Positions 40,559-53,800 of a stretch of 64,000 bases of DNA are shown here, piece after piece. Within the stretch, counting starts at the first letter, position 1. Each line of letters starts with the position of its first letter. The notes under the pieces were generated by a model. It was not told the origin of the DNA and made no database searches. It worked only from the letters and a program-made list of their open reading frames with translations. A program made the translations under genes and the position numbers. This DNA comes from Botryllus schlosseri (taxonomy: Eukaryota): positions 14,386,001 to 14,450,000 of the forward strand of contig CM119372.1 in the NCBI GenBank assembly GCA_051294905.1, read 5' to 3'.

Positions 40559-40959
40559 AGTAATGAGATTGGCGATGTGAAAGGCTTGTTGCAGCAAGAG
40601 TTTTTCTTCAGTTTTGCAAAATCGATCCAAATGAGTAGATAGCGGGTAGGCCTATAGATTAGTTCGATTTATAGCCGAACGAAGTGACACATTCTTGGAA
40701 TGCTCTTCATCCTACTAAATATTTTAAGGTCAATGGTGTAATCGTGAAGTTTAATGTCGAGCGCTGTGAAATTGCTGCTGGTAATATGGACGTATTGAAG
40801 AGCATGGTTATTGCTGTTGCTTTTCGGAATAGGTACTTACATACCGTATTTACTCGCGAACTTTGCTTCAGGCTATTGTCACTTCTACTTTAACAGTTAT
40901 TGTTATTCCAAACTACTTTACTTTACTCCAATGATTATAATATGCCTTGACGCTCGATA

Positions 40960-41048
40960 GTGATATCATAGCAATTTACAACGTTGTAAATTGCTATGGT
41001 GATATCGTTACATTATAGAAAGTGACTAGTCACTTTCTATAGTTACAT
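40960..41048. repeat. Two adjacent perfect palindromes (32 and 28 bp), each flanked by a 7-bp direct repeat; candidate transposon excision footprints
   Basis: GTGATAT-[CATAGCAATTTACAACGTTGTAAATTGCTATG]-GTGATAT, one base C, then GTTACAT-[TATAGAAAGTGACTAGTCACTTTCTATA]-GTTACAT. Confidence 0.85.
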
Positions 41049-41830
41049 AGTCGCATATCTGTATCACAGCCTTGTCACTGCTGAATATAGGTTTTATACT
41101 GTCGGTGTCGGTCTACCTATTCGCAGAGGTGGCCAAATTAGCATCGTTGGTACTCAACTAGTTAGATATAACTAACGTGAATTTCTAATCAAGCGCAAGT
41201 GAAAATCCCGATTGCGGAGTAAGTAGAAATACGTATCCTAGGGATAGTTTTGCCTAAAAACTGTCAAGTAGAAGTAGTCTAAATCATGACGGCTTGAGTA
41301 AGTAGTGCACGCACAGGCAAAACCTAATTGGTGAAGTTCGAAAAGTGGAACTCTGTGGAGGTACTTCGTTACTGACCACTTATTCTGCATGCTTGAATCA
41401 TCATAATAGTCATTCTGCATCCATTCGACGCCGAAATGCACCTTTGCATTTTTTTAAAATCTGGTGACATAATGTCCCAACATTTCGTAGTTTTGGTTTA
41501 TCTTTCGGAAATCACTTGTACTGGTGAAAATTTTCTGCATTTTCTTCTGCAATTTTCTGTTGGGTGAATGACCCCAAAGTTTACCTCGAACCAATGATAT
41601 AATAAATAAAATCCAAAACCGGCAAATGCTGCATGATGATTGATTGTTGATGGGACTTTCCCTAAATACACACAGCTTCTGCGACATTTTCCAATTTTCA
41701 TACGGTTGCTGATCGTCCATTACGTCGTCTCTCTGGGTTTAGCACTGCGTTACTTGCTGGAAATAGAATTCTTAATTGTTACATAGCACCAGGCATTGTA
41801 TTGGGTAATACGGTCGTGTTGGATAATACA

Positions 41831-44800
41831 ATGGATGTATCGGAGGAAGCCGAGGCATACGAGTCTTCTGATGACAGCAGCAACGATGCGGAAATGGATG
41901 ATTCATCCGTGGAAATAAGCAGTCTTGAAAAAAAGGTGCCGAAGTTTGCTATCTTACCATCGACTCCTATTATATAGCTACGCTGCAGTTCATTATCTTA
42001 TTTATTCTCGTTGTTATTTTTTGTTTCCCACTTTACTATTATTTTTCGGTAATAATTACAGTTTACAGTGATTTTTTACCTAAAAACTGAAGATTTTGAC
42101 CAAAAAAAAATCAAAATTTCGACATTTTTTTACCTTAGGAAACTCAATTTTGACCAAATTTTAACCTAACATATGGAAATTAGGCTCCCACTCCCACATA
42201 ATGTTGAAATTGCACTATACTTATCTTCATTTTTGGTTGGAACTCTTAGAACTGTCTGTCCTTACGAAGTAGTTCGGCCTGTAAAAACATTTTGACTCGA
42301 AAACTGATAGATTTTTTACATGAATTGATATATTTCATGTTTTTGCTGTCATGTAATTTGTATTTGACAGTTGACAAATAATAAATTCACTCTATGAATC
42401 TTTTTATGCAATCATGATTAACTACGGTACCATTTTCTTTTGCTCAGTCTATATATATATAATTATATTTATGAACAATTTTTCACTATGCTTCACGTGG
42501 TACCATGTTGCCGTTTTTCATTTGTGTAAATTACAACTTCTAAACTACTCTTGTGGCACTGGCACTAAGACAATGTTTACTAAATCCCTCAGTCATACCT
42601 GTTAGACAAATTATTTTCCATTTTGTGTCAATTTATTATTATTTGCACCTGCATTAGAAATGACAGTTGACGAAATAAATTCTCAAAAGCATTAGTGTTA
42701 GAATTATCCAGTGAGAAGTTGGTCCCGTTTAGTGGAAAATCGTGTATTCAAAACAAATTTATTGCGGAGTACGTAACAAGATTCCAGCGTGATGCATGTT
42801 GCAACTCAAGCCAATCTGATAACTACCCTGGTGATTTAAGCATTTGCTCTTAGCCTCTTACAGCTGAATATTTGGTCTCACTTCCCGATCAGGTCAGACT
42901 AGGTAGTGGTTCTCAAACGTTTTTGACTCATCATCACATATCTTTGTCGCCCCCTAACAACTAGAGATCAATATCGTTATTCATCTACTTTTCCGTAGTG
43001 TTCAAGTATGTGGTATAGACTTACTAAAGCAGTTTTTCTTGTATACTATTTATACTTTACCACTTTTTCATCCCCATCTCTCAAAATGGGTATTGCCCAG
43101 TTTGGGTACCACTGGACTAGAGACTTTCGATTTGGTGTCTGGAAATTTCATCGTAGCATACCGTGACTGAATTGCCGATGAGGCCAGACACGTTCAGCAA
43201 GCCTTTGCCACATTTTCTCAAGACACGTGTAAAGCAAAGTCTTTTATTGACCATGTTTAATTTCCTAGTTATCTGAAAACCCCTATCACTACCAATCACA
43301 CGTCGATCTCATCGGATTATTGAGAAACGCGGGAGAGTTGAACAAGCTGCGACATGCCCGAAAGAATATGGCGAGATTATTCCCTCTTACACAGGTATAT
43401 AGCGAAATTCTACTTCGCTCAGCACCGCATTTGAGTTATTGTTTGTGTGCATATCTCAGACTCTTTGGATGGAGTGGATTGAGGATGAGAAGAAATTTGC
43501 AGAATCGGAAAAAGAACATGAGCACATCGTTGAATTATTCGAACTCGCGGTGAAAGATTACATGTGTGAGTAGCGAGCATATCGTCCAATTACATATATA
43601 ATATTTTGTTACAGTCTTTAGTATGGTATGTTGACAGTGGATTGGTGGTAACTGGTTATCCATTTACTGGCAATCACACCCTTACTGTGATGAAGTCTGT
43701 TATAGGGTGGTCTTCATTGTTGCTTCTTTATTATTTAAGGATCTGTTTTATCATACATTAATTCATACTATTTTAAAAATCGCAAGATTAGCCTGGAAAG
43801 ATATCAATCTCAATGAAAATTAGTCCTATTAGCCCCGTCGCGTCACATTATCGCAGAATTCAGCATCGTCGCCGAATGATTTTCTGGCCATTGACTTGCT
43901 TATTCTAGGTTCATGTATGAGTGTAACATTAGCCTGGTAGCTTTGCATTTTTATCTAATTCATGGTATCTGAATTAATTATGCTTATCCCAAGGGTCACC
44001 ATATTTTGTTCCAGATTCCTGATGAGTTGAATTGCTTCAATGCCAGTCACACATCTGGGAATAATTCCAAAGTCATCTTTGTTTGGGTTACATGACATCT
44101 TTCAACCGATATATTCAGTACAATATTCTCCAAATTTTCGAGTTGATAATAGGAGGACAAAGCCAGTTCAATTATATATCTGTTGCCGGTTTTATATTCC
44201 TAGAAATTTCAAAAATGAAAATTATAATACCGGCACAGATGATTTATTTCAGAATATATAGTAGGTTTCCAATAACCGACATAACCACTGACATGTCTAC
44301 TCATTTCTCTATTTCACCATAGGTCCAGAAGTGTGGCTTGAATATTCACAGTATGCCACCAGGTGGATGAATCTGCCGGACGGCCTGAAAAAGATACGCG
44401 ACGTCTTGGAACGTGCTGTGGCAGCAGTTGGCCATCATGTCACGGAAGGAGCGTGTGTTTGGGACATGTACAGAGAATTTGAAAACATAATATTTCAGAG
44501 TTTGCAGGTGAGACTAATAACACAGGTTTTAATAGTACCAGTATTGCGTCAACTTGGTTTTGTGGCAGCAATTATTTTATCGGCTGCTACAAGGAATTTA
44601 GTCAGAGATGTTGTCGTTTTTGTGTATTAGGATATTTTGATGACAATGCCATTCTCACAGCCCGCACCAGGCAGCGTGATTACTCCAGAACAGCAAGACA
44701 AATTGAAGAAGCAAAAAGAAAAAATGCTGGGGCTATTCCGAGGGCAATTGGGTGTTCCTTTGATGGGTGAGTGTAGCTATGTTTTGGAAGAGATGATCAG

Positions 44801-47800
44801 TATGATGTACTTGTACTTTTTACGAGTACTCGAGTAGATTTTGCCTAGTTTGCACTACACGGTCATGATTTTAGAGTAATTCTACTTCTACTTACCGTAA
44901 CAGTTTCAGTGTTTTGGCAAAACTAGGCGTAGAGCATTTACTTTTTACTTGCTTCGAAATGTCTACTTTCACTTGCTTTGAAATGTAGACTTTTACTTGC
45001 GTAGAAATTTGCGATGTTACTTGTACTTCAACTTGAGTACCACCAATGACTACGTTATGACAACCTCTGTGTATTGTTGGAAGGGTATCTTTGAAATCTG
45101 TCCGTAGGTGTCCGAATTTGAATTCAGTGCCTATCTCCATTTTCGATTAATTGCCCAAGGGAGCAAAATTGAAGTCTTGCAGATTATTGCTATCAGCAAC
45201 TTCATCATCAAATCCACAAATGGCCTCTTTTCGTTTATCTAAATTTTTAATTATAAGTTTGTTGACAGTATCTAAATTCTGTGCTTACAACTGCTGCATT
45301 ATTATTTTCCTGTTGAACGGCTTCTTTCAGGAATGGAGAAAACATATCAGGAATATTTGGCATGGTGCGAGGAAGATGTAGACTCGAATATCAAGCACTG
45401 CTACAAGCAAGCTTCGTCGAAATTAAAAGAGATCATGCCGCACGAAGATGCATTGGTACGTCGTCAAGCTCGTGTAGTCCCGGTTGCTTGTTATTTCTGC
45501 GAGAAATTTCGGAGGACTTTTCAATATCAGGTCCAAGTATCACGACCTTATCACAGCCTTGAAATAGAAGTTGTACACTGGGTATTCTGAAATTTTTGGT
45601 CTCTAATAGCTTGGATCTTCTTTAACACACCTTTCTACTCCCAGTTCTCGAGTGATCGCTTCAGTTGAAATGCGTGGTGTGGACCAATTTGTTCAGCCAA
45701 GCGCAGTTATTAGCTATCGTACGATCATATTGATGTTAGTGCGTGACTTATATTGCTATTCCTGTCGAATTCGCAATACACTGATGCCTATGGACTAAAA
45801 AAGTTCCTGAACTCTACTATGTTACTTACTTTTCGTTGGTTATCGCGCGAACTGCAAACCGCAAAATAGACGTTGGTCACATTTTAGACCTTCCAACAGA
45901 CGTTTTGATCACAAGTTATCCTACTGACAGCTAGCTGCCGAAACACCTCGATTACAAGAATACCTGAACTACATTGATCACCTCACCAAGTCTGGAACAT
46001 CATCACACGCCCTGCGCTGTGCGGTGTACGAACGCGCTCTGGTAGACAACTGCCTTGATTCGGCACTTTGGCAACAGTATTTGACCTACATGGTAAATGA
46101 CGTTGCGACTTTCACTCGCATGGTATCAAGACGTTTCTCATTTTTGTCAACAGAGCCAGCAATCGACTCCGATCGGGGTAATGGTCGAGATAAATTTGAG
46201 GTCTGTGAGGAATTGTCCGTGGATCGGTCAACTGTGGATCCAATACCTGGAAGCGTTGGAGAGAAGTAGCGTGCCGAAAGAAAAGGTATTTGCTCTTTGT
46301 GGCATTTAAAAATGTATTGCAACCTTACAGAGACCGTGACAATTGATGTGTTCTTGCAGCTGGACGAGGCTTTCGATGAAGCGCTGAAGGCTGGTTTCTC
46401 CACTGCTTACGAATATTCACAGCTGTGGCTGGCGAGGTGCGCGCAAATAAGAAGGCTCCTTGCGTCCGGTATGTTGTGCGTGATCGGAGGGCTGTGTTGC
46501 TTATTGAGAGTCGACTGCTTGTGGGAAGCAGAAAATGTCCTCGAGAATTAGTAAATAGTTCGAAACCGTCGAATTTTGTATCATTTTATGAGTAGACAGG
46601 AGTTGACTCAATTGCCTGTTTTGAAATAGACCTTATTATACTAGCAAATATGGATAAAATTATATTATCAAACACCTTGTAGCTAATACTGCCAAGTCAT
46701 ACTATGCTCCTAAGAGGAGGTATCACAATGTTCCTCTTGATTTTGTGTTGCGGTAAGCGTATTGTAGATGATTTCTCTGATTGAAATAGGATTTAACCAT
46801 GACGAGGTCGATTTATCAAATTATTTTGATAGCAACATGAGTTTTAGATAGTCACAGTAATTGATGAAATGGACTGACATCGCTTCGTCGATACCCGGCA
46901 TGAATTCGAATCTTTAAACATCACTGCCCATCCCGAATTATAACATCTTGCTTTCGAATATCATAATCTGATGTATCGAACAGGGGTCTACAGGAAAGAT
47001 GATTTGACGGAGTCTTTCGAAGCCGCCACAAAATGTCTTACAGAAAAAATAGTTCCGTGTAAGTGTGGCGTAGCATGTGTGGTGAGAAGTTGTTGTAACG
47101 AAATTTTGTAGCATTCAAGCAATCCGGCGACCCCGAATATTCTTTGTGGACGTTTTGGAGTCATTGCGAAGCAAGTATATCGGCCAATCTGAAACTTGCG
47201 GAAAGTATACTGAAAAATCTCACGCAGAGCAATCCCGAAGCTAGACGAAAATTGAGCGTGTGGAAAGAGTATTACGATATCATGTGGTGAGTATCATAGA
47301 ATTGCATCGTTTTAGCATTTGGAATGACATATTTTCGCAATGTCTATCACACAGACACAGTAAGCAATCAGCCGATCAAAAGCAATGCGATATTTAGCTG
47401 TGTGGCCTGTGGGGAATGCTAATATGCTAGAGAATGTTTATGACCCCTAAAATAGACGCTCTAGCAACAATATTTCTATGCTTCCTCTGTTTTAGACGTA
47501 ATCTGCCGTTAGTCCTGATAATGCCTTGTGAGGAATACAAGAGATTCAACTGTAAACCTGGACGTTGGAATTTGCTTAATCATAGTTAAATCGCTGTTCG
47601 GATTTCTGCGAGGGACCTGGGACCTTTAGAGCCAAAATGGATGTAGCAGATGTGACATCAAATATTTGAATCATAGTTTGTGACTATCTTATTCTCCATG
47701 TAACCTGCTTATAACGGTTTCGAATTGGTGTTTTCGCTTCTGTGAAAAATATCATTTTACTTTTCCATTTTATCCCCAACCTTTGACCTCAGTGTGCACA

Positions 47801-50800
47801 TTTTGCCTTTCTGGAGTTGGGTGTCAATGCCAGCGACTTGGTTCCTAATGGTGACTAGAGTGAAACCAGCATAACACCACTTTTGAGTGATTATAATGTG
47901 GCCTAGGAACATACTCGACATTTGCTGTCCTGAAGGATTAATTGATGGACGTAATTCTTACTAAAAATCTAAGCATTTGTTAGATATGTACTGGATAAGC
48001 ACAAGCATTTTGTCATTTCCTCACAATTGTTTCGCGGGCTGGATGAACTCGTCTGGCAGCCCGCGGGCCGTGTGTTTCACACCCCTGGCATACATAATAT
48101 AAGTTTTTTTCTAGCCGATATGTGACACACTTCAGAAAAATTTCGTAAAATTTGATGTATCATGACCTGGACCCATGCACACGATAAAACTGAGAAATAA
48201 AACAGTAATAATCAAGAAATGAAAATTGTCAGCCATTTTTCCACGCGTTTTCATTCGTCTTTGTATCCATACGTTTTGACGAAACCAAGGAAGTATTCCC
48301 GCTTTTTCAGGCTACATGGTGACGAAAACAAAGTTCATAAATGCAGAGGAATACTACGACAGGCTGTACAACATTGCGCAATCATGTCAGACGCAGTCCG
48401 AGGAGGTGTCGCCGACGCCGAGATTGCTTGCGAAATGCTGATGTCGTTCGAACGTCGGCACGGTACCATGATCGATATGGATGAGTCGACCAAGAAGATA
48501 AATCTCAAGTTGTCGAGGATTTCAAAACATCGCGAAAAGGTAGGAACAGGAATAAGACGTTATATATTTTTGTCCTCTATGTTATTTTCAGCATATAAAC
48601 CGAACCATGATGCATGTACACACGATCTGTGCGTATACATACCATACCAGATTCGTTATTCTCTGTGGCATCATATGGGAGTGTAGTTATCAGTGGGGCA
48701 ATTTTTTTGACATGTGAAAATAAGTCAAAATTGTAGCATTAGGTCAAAAAAATTTCAAAATTGTTTACAAAGTCTAAAAAATCTTGCAAACCTACATTTG
48801 TTTGTACCGGTATCGTAGATGTTTGCAATGTGGGTGAACTTATCATTTGACGTTTTGCAGCTTGTAGCCTACTTATTGGTCTACCGTTGTAGACGGCCCA
48901 TTGTCTGCTCATTGTGAATCATAAACGGTCAAATGAAACAAATAGGTTGACATGGTGTTATGCTTCACGTACCACGATATCCTAACAGAAGCAAGACTGT
49001 GTGGGCATTGGTTCTTGGCGTGTCGCAAGCAGTGTACGCACAATTTTAGTGTCGCCAGCCGACAAGTGCTGCTGTTGAACGTTCTTTCTCTACTTGGGTT
49101 TATTTGTTGGTTACATCATAACATGTCCAATACCCAAAGTTTTTTTCTGTTGACAATTTACACCGGTCAGCGAAAAGTAGGTGTCAACCAAATTTGTGAA
49201 CGACAGGCATGTAGTTTATTGGTTTGATCTGCTTTACACACCGGTACATTGAAAATCCGTTGTCTGATGCAAGTAGTATGCTGCCCGCTTGCGTACTCAG
49301 AAATGCAAGTACTCGGTTTCGGATTAATTCCTCATACAGGTGAAGCAAGTCTGATTACTGAATGGTTTGTTTTCAAAGGAGGCGGCCACCCACGTCGCAG
49401 ATGGAGGTCAGAAAAAGACCAAGCCGAAATCTCAGCCGAACAAAAAACAAGTGCAGAAAAAGAGAAAAGCGACCGACGACACACAGGACAAATCCTTCAC
49501 GGGTAATGCAATAATTCGAGTCGAGTAGTAAGGGACAATGTTTACGAGCACTGTAATGACACGCCCCGTTCCACTAAGAGTTGTCGCCTGTTCTTTTGTA
49601 TTCTTTACTTTTTATTTAGTATGCAAGCCTCCTTTTTTTACATCTCCTAGGCCAGGTGGGTGTCTCGTTTCGAAGACTACTCCAAGTCCTTCCGACACCT
49701 TCCATCTTTCATTGTGTCGCAGTCTTGCGGTGTATTGAAATGATGAAATTGTTAGCAATAAATTGTATTATATTATCCATAAAAATTATAGTTTTGATGC
49801 TTTTTTACCAACCCTGCAGCCGTGAAACCTTGATTGGTCATATAGCAACAATGCTACGCACTTTGTGGAAATGAGATTTCTACGAGGTTGCGATCCACCC
49901 GCAACATTGTCACAAAGTGCGATGAAATAGGTATCGTCGAAAAAATACTAGATTTTTTCCTTGAACTTTACTTGCTACCCATATTCTTATGACTCGAAGT
50001 CGAATTCCCGATCGGGAATCGAATGACTTAGTTACTCCATCTTCCCCAGACTCACGATACTTTGTAACGCACAGATCGCTCTCCGAAACGGCAAAAATTA
50101 CCCGATGTGCCAGAATCCAGCAACGATGGCTTTAAAGCTCCCGCCGGAATACCTATTCGTTACGTCCCGAAATCCGCTCGAAAATCGGCCGATGCGGGTG
50201 ACGCACCCGTTCAAACTGACGCCGGTGAGACGGTCGCAGTTTGTGTGCGGAACTGTTGTGTACTGGTTTTTGAATGGCAGGCGCTAACCCGACGCAGAGC
50301 GTTTCGAAAAGAGGCCCGCCGCCCGGATATAAACCGAAAAGTCAGACTCAGGCCGAAGATGAAAATAACAACTCTCGGCCGGATGCAGCACAGGGTACGT
50401 GACTAGAAACCAAGGCTGTGAAGTTGGCCCACTTTACCCGCTGACTCTGACATTTTCACGAATCTGACTCTGAAACTAAAAATATGGCGACTCCGACTCC
50501 TTATATTTTCTTCTCAGAGCTCTGACTCCACGATTCCTATATCTCCTTATAAGCTCAATGCATTTTTAGTTAATATTATCACCGAGGGAACCAAAGTAAC
50601 TATTTTGTTAAAAAATTGTGCTCACCAAAAGAAATTGATTGTGAAGGTCCACGTACGTTAAAAACCTGATAACTTGCGTATTTGTAGTAACATTTGAGAT
50701 CGTTTAGTTTGATTTTTTAGGTAGTTGGAGTCGAAAATTTTTAACAAACCCAGACTCCAGCTACTATGTATTTCTTCAACTCCGACTCCAAAGGGTGTAA

Positions 50801-53800
50801 CACAATTCATGTGGCTCTGCCTCCGTCACAAGAAAATTTTATGAAACTCCGACTCCACAGCCTTGCTAGTATAATTCGTGTCGAGATGGTGTTTACATCC
50901 TTTCTTTCTTCCCAGGTGAAGGAAGCGCGATGATCGAAAGATCGCAAGATGATGCCGACAGTGAAGCGGCAATTGCCGACAGGCACAGCATCTTCATCAG
51001 CAACCTCGATTACAAGTTGGATAATGTGGAGGGGAAATTGAAGGAGGTCAGTCGCAGTGATGTGTTGTGTCAGAGGTGGTTTAATGCGGTACGACTATAA
51101 TCTATGACAGCTGTCAGATACGGTCAGTACTTGAAACTTTGGGTGGTTATGATTTAGAGACTACTTCCGTTTCTACTTGAGCAGATTTTATGAGAAATCG
51201 ACTTGCTTTATGCTTTGGATTTTAAAAAGTAGAAAGTTGTTTTAGGACAGGTTTGCATCATTTTATGATCGAAATAGTTGTAATAAACCCATGAAATATC
51301 CCTGTATCACGATAAATTAATATATATGTAGTGTCTTTAGCGATTTTACCGCGAAGAAGTACCTTTTAATTGTGAAAGCGACCAACACCGTTCAACTGGC
51401 GAAAGTACGCTGCCAATTAGTGAAAGCTACTATTGAAACTTCTCACCGAAGTGCTTTTTAGGGCTTTAATTTTTTACTACCGCTGAAGTAGTTTTGAAAT
51501 ATTTTGGAAATTGCTATTTCTACTTGTAATTGAATAGAAATTTATGTTGGTTCTTCTACTTGAGTAGAAACACTGACTACTTTGACCACATTTTCCTGCA
51601 GTACGCTAGAAGTGTTGTTGATTTGCAATTGTGGCAATTGTGGCACCGTTAAACTCACCGTAAAAAATTGAATTCCATTCATAGCAAAGACTCAGTTAAG
51701 GGGTGGGCTGTAGGCTTGCTGTTCTTTGCAGGTGTTTTGTAGCTGCGGGAATATCGTGGACGTGCGACTGGTCAAAAACAACAAAGGACAATTCCGAGGC
51801 TTCTGCTACATTCAGTTCTCGGACGAAAACGCCGCCGCGAAAGCGTTGCAATTAGACCGAACGGTTGAGTCGATAGTAACCCCCTCTTAACTCGCATTTT
51901 AATGATTGTTGCGTTCTCGCAGAACCTAGATGGACGGCCCATGTTCGTGTCCCCGAATGTGGACAAAAAGAAGCAGGCAAATTTCAAGGTGTGTTTCTCT
52001 GTAGAAAACTAACCTACCTGGGTGCAAAAAGCGTGACTCTGCACGGTGAGGCAACCAGATATGACAAGCAATTTCTGGTCACTTCGTAAACAGACATGGT
52101 AATGTTGCAGCTGTCTGGCACTGATTACAAACATATTAATTATAATCTTATCAGGGCAAAGCCCACCCAGGACATTGCCCTCATAGTCATAAATCGTCAT
52201 TGATTCGGACAATCAGAGCGCCACAACGCAATGACCCAGTCAACTAGGAAGTTTCAGCCATTCCAAATTAGATTATAATTATAATTAAAATTAGAATTAC
52301 TGAATTCAATGCAGTTCAGCTGATATCAAATTAGAATTCATTATTATAAGCATGAGAAAACGGCTTTCCGACTTACGGGTAATTTTTGATAGGTTGTGGT
52401 GCCCTCATCAGATATAATTAATTTTTTTTCGGCATCAGTGCGACAGTAAGTCTTATTTAACACCAGTTTAGAGCAATTTTGCCAGCTATACAATTATTAT
52501 GTCAGGTAAAGAAACAACCAGAAATTGCTGACCGTATTCGATTACCCCTCCATGCATTCTTGTCTTTCACAACTATCCGTGGGTTAGTTATCTATAGTCC
52601 TTCACATCAAATCGGAAGTAAAAAGGTTTCTGCACGTCGCGTTGTCAGGTTTTCAAGTACGACCTGGGGCTGGAGAAGCACAAGCTCTTTGTGTCCAACC
52701 TGTCTTTCCACACAACTGAAGCCACTCTGACCAGCAGGTTTTCGCAACACGGGCCGGTCAAAGGAGTTCGTATCGTCACAAATCGAAAAGGACAATCCAA
52801 GGTGAACAGACAGCTTGCCGTGTCTATGTTGAATGGTGTTTTACCTGGTGTTTTGTCTAGGGCTTGGCTTATGTCGAGTATGAGAAGGAATCCGACGCGG
52901 CTCAAGCGGTTTTGAAAATGGACGGGTCTACAATAGACGAGTTTGCCATCAAGGTGAGTGTTTTCAAGAGTAAATCTGCATTGCTCCTCAAGTGGAAGCT
53001 CAAGTAATATTGTAAACTTTTTTCTTTCAATTACAGGTAGAAATATCTATTTTCAAGATATGCGAAGTATATGATATGAAAAGTATGTAGTTTCGCAAGG
53101 TAGATTTGGTCACTGTGTCGCATACTAACCCAAAATGGCCAATCACACTACAAGTAGGTGCATTTTTCGAAAGGATATTCAGATTAGTGCGTGCCCTCGG
53201 TTCGTCGAAAATAACGAGTTTATATAACATTTATGAAATAATTACCGATATCGATATAGAGGTAAAAAAAATCGGAAATCTTGGTGATGACAACATGATA
53301 GTATGGAGTCATAGAACTATAATCTGCGACTGTTGGTGTTGAAATATTGGTGTTCGCTTATAACTTACAGGTATTGAGATGCAGCCTTCCCTGTGTATTG
53401 TATCATTTTCATGTCCAAGCATAGCAATGACTGTAAAGCCGTTCAAATAGATGCTCTGAAGTTTTAGAAATGCGCATTGAGCTGGATCCCGTAATTTTTA
53501 AATATGGACAAAATATAGCGGTTTTATTACTATGACCTCTAACGCCTGATATTTATCGGGCTCTAATTCATGTAACGTTCAACAAAGCTTGATTTGCCAT
53601 GTGGAAATGGGAGCAGTCTGAAAACCTATCCACTTGAGTAAGTAGTGAAAATGGGAGAAGCTTAAGTGCTCCGAAATGTAGAAGTACTTCGTTACTGACC
53701 GCGTCAGGTTCATAGTAACTATTTTATTTGAGGAAACCTGATAGTGGTAATCGGTGCCAGCCTTGACAGTGGCAAGGACATATACCAGACCATGAATATG

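Noticed and set aside
46861..46971. TTGATGA...CTGA as an intronic C/D snoRNA
   Set aside because: The C box is imperfect, there is no terminal stem or recognisable guide, and it sits too close to the acceptor.
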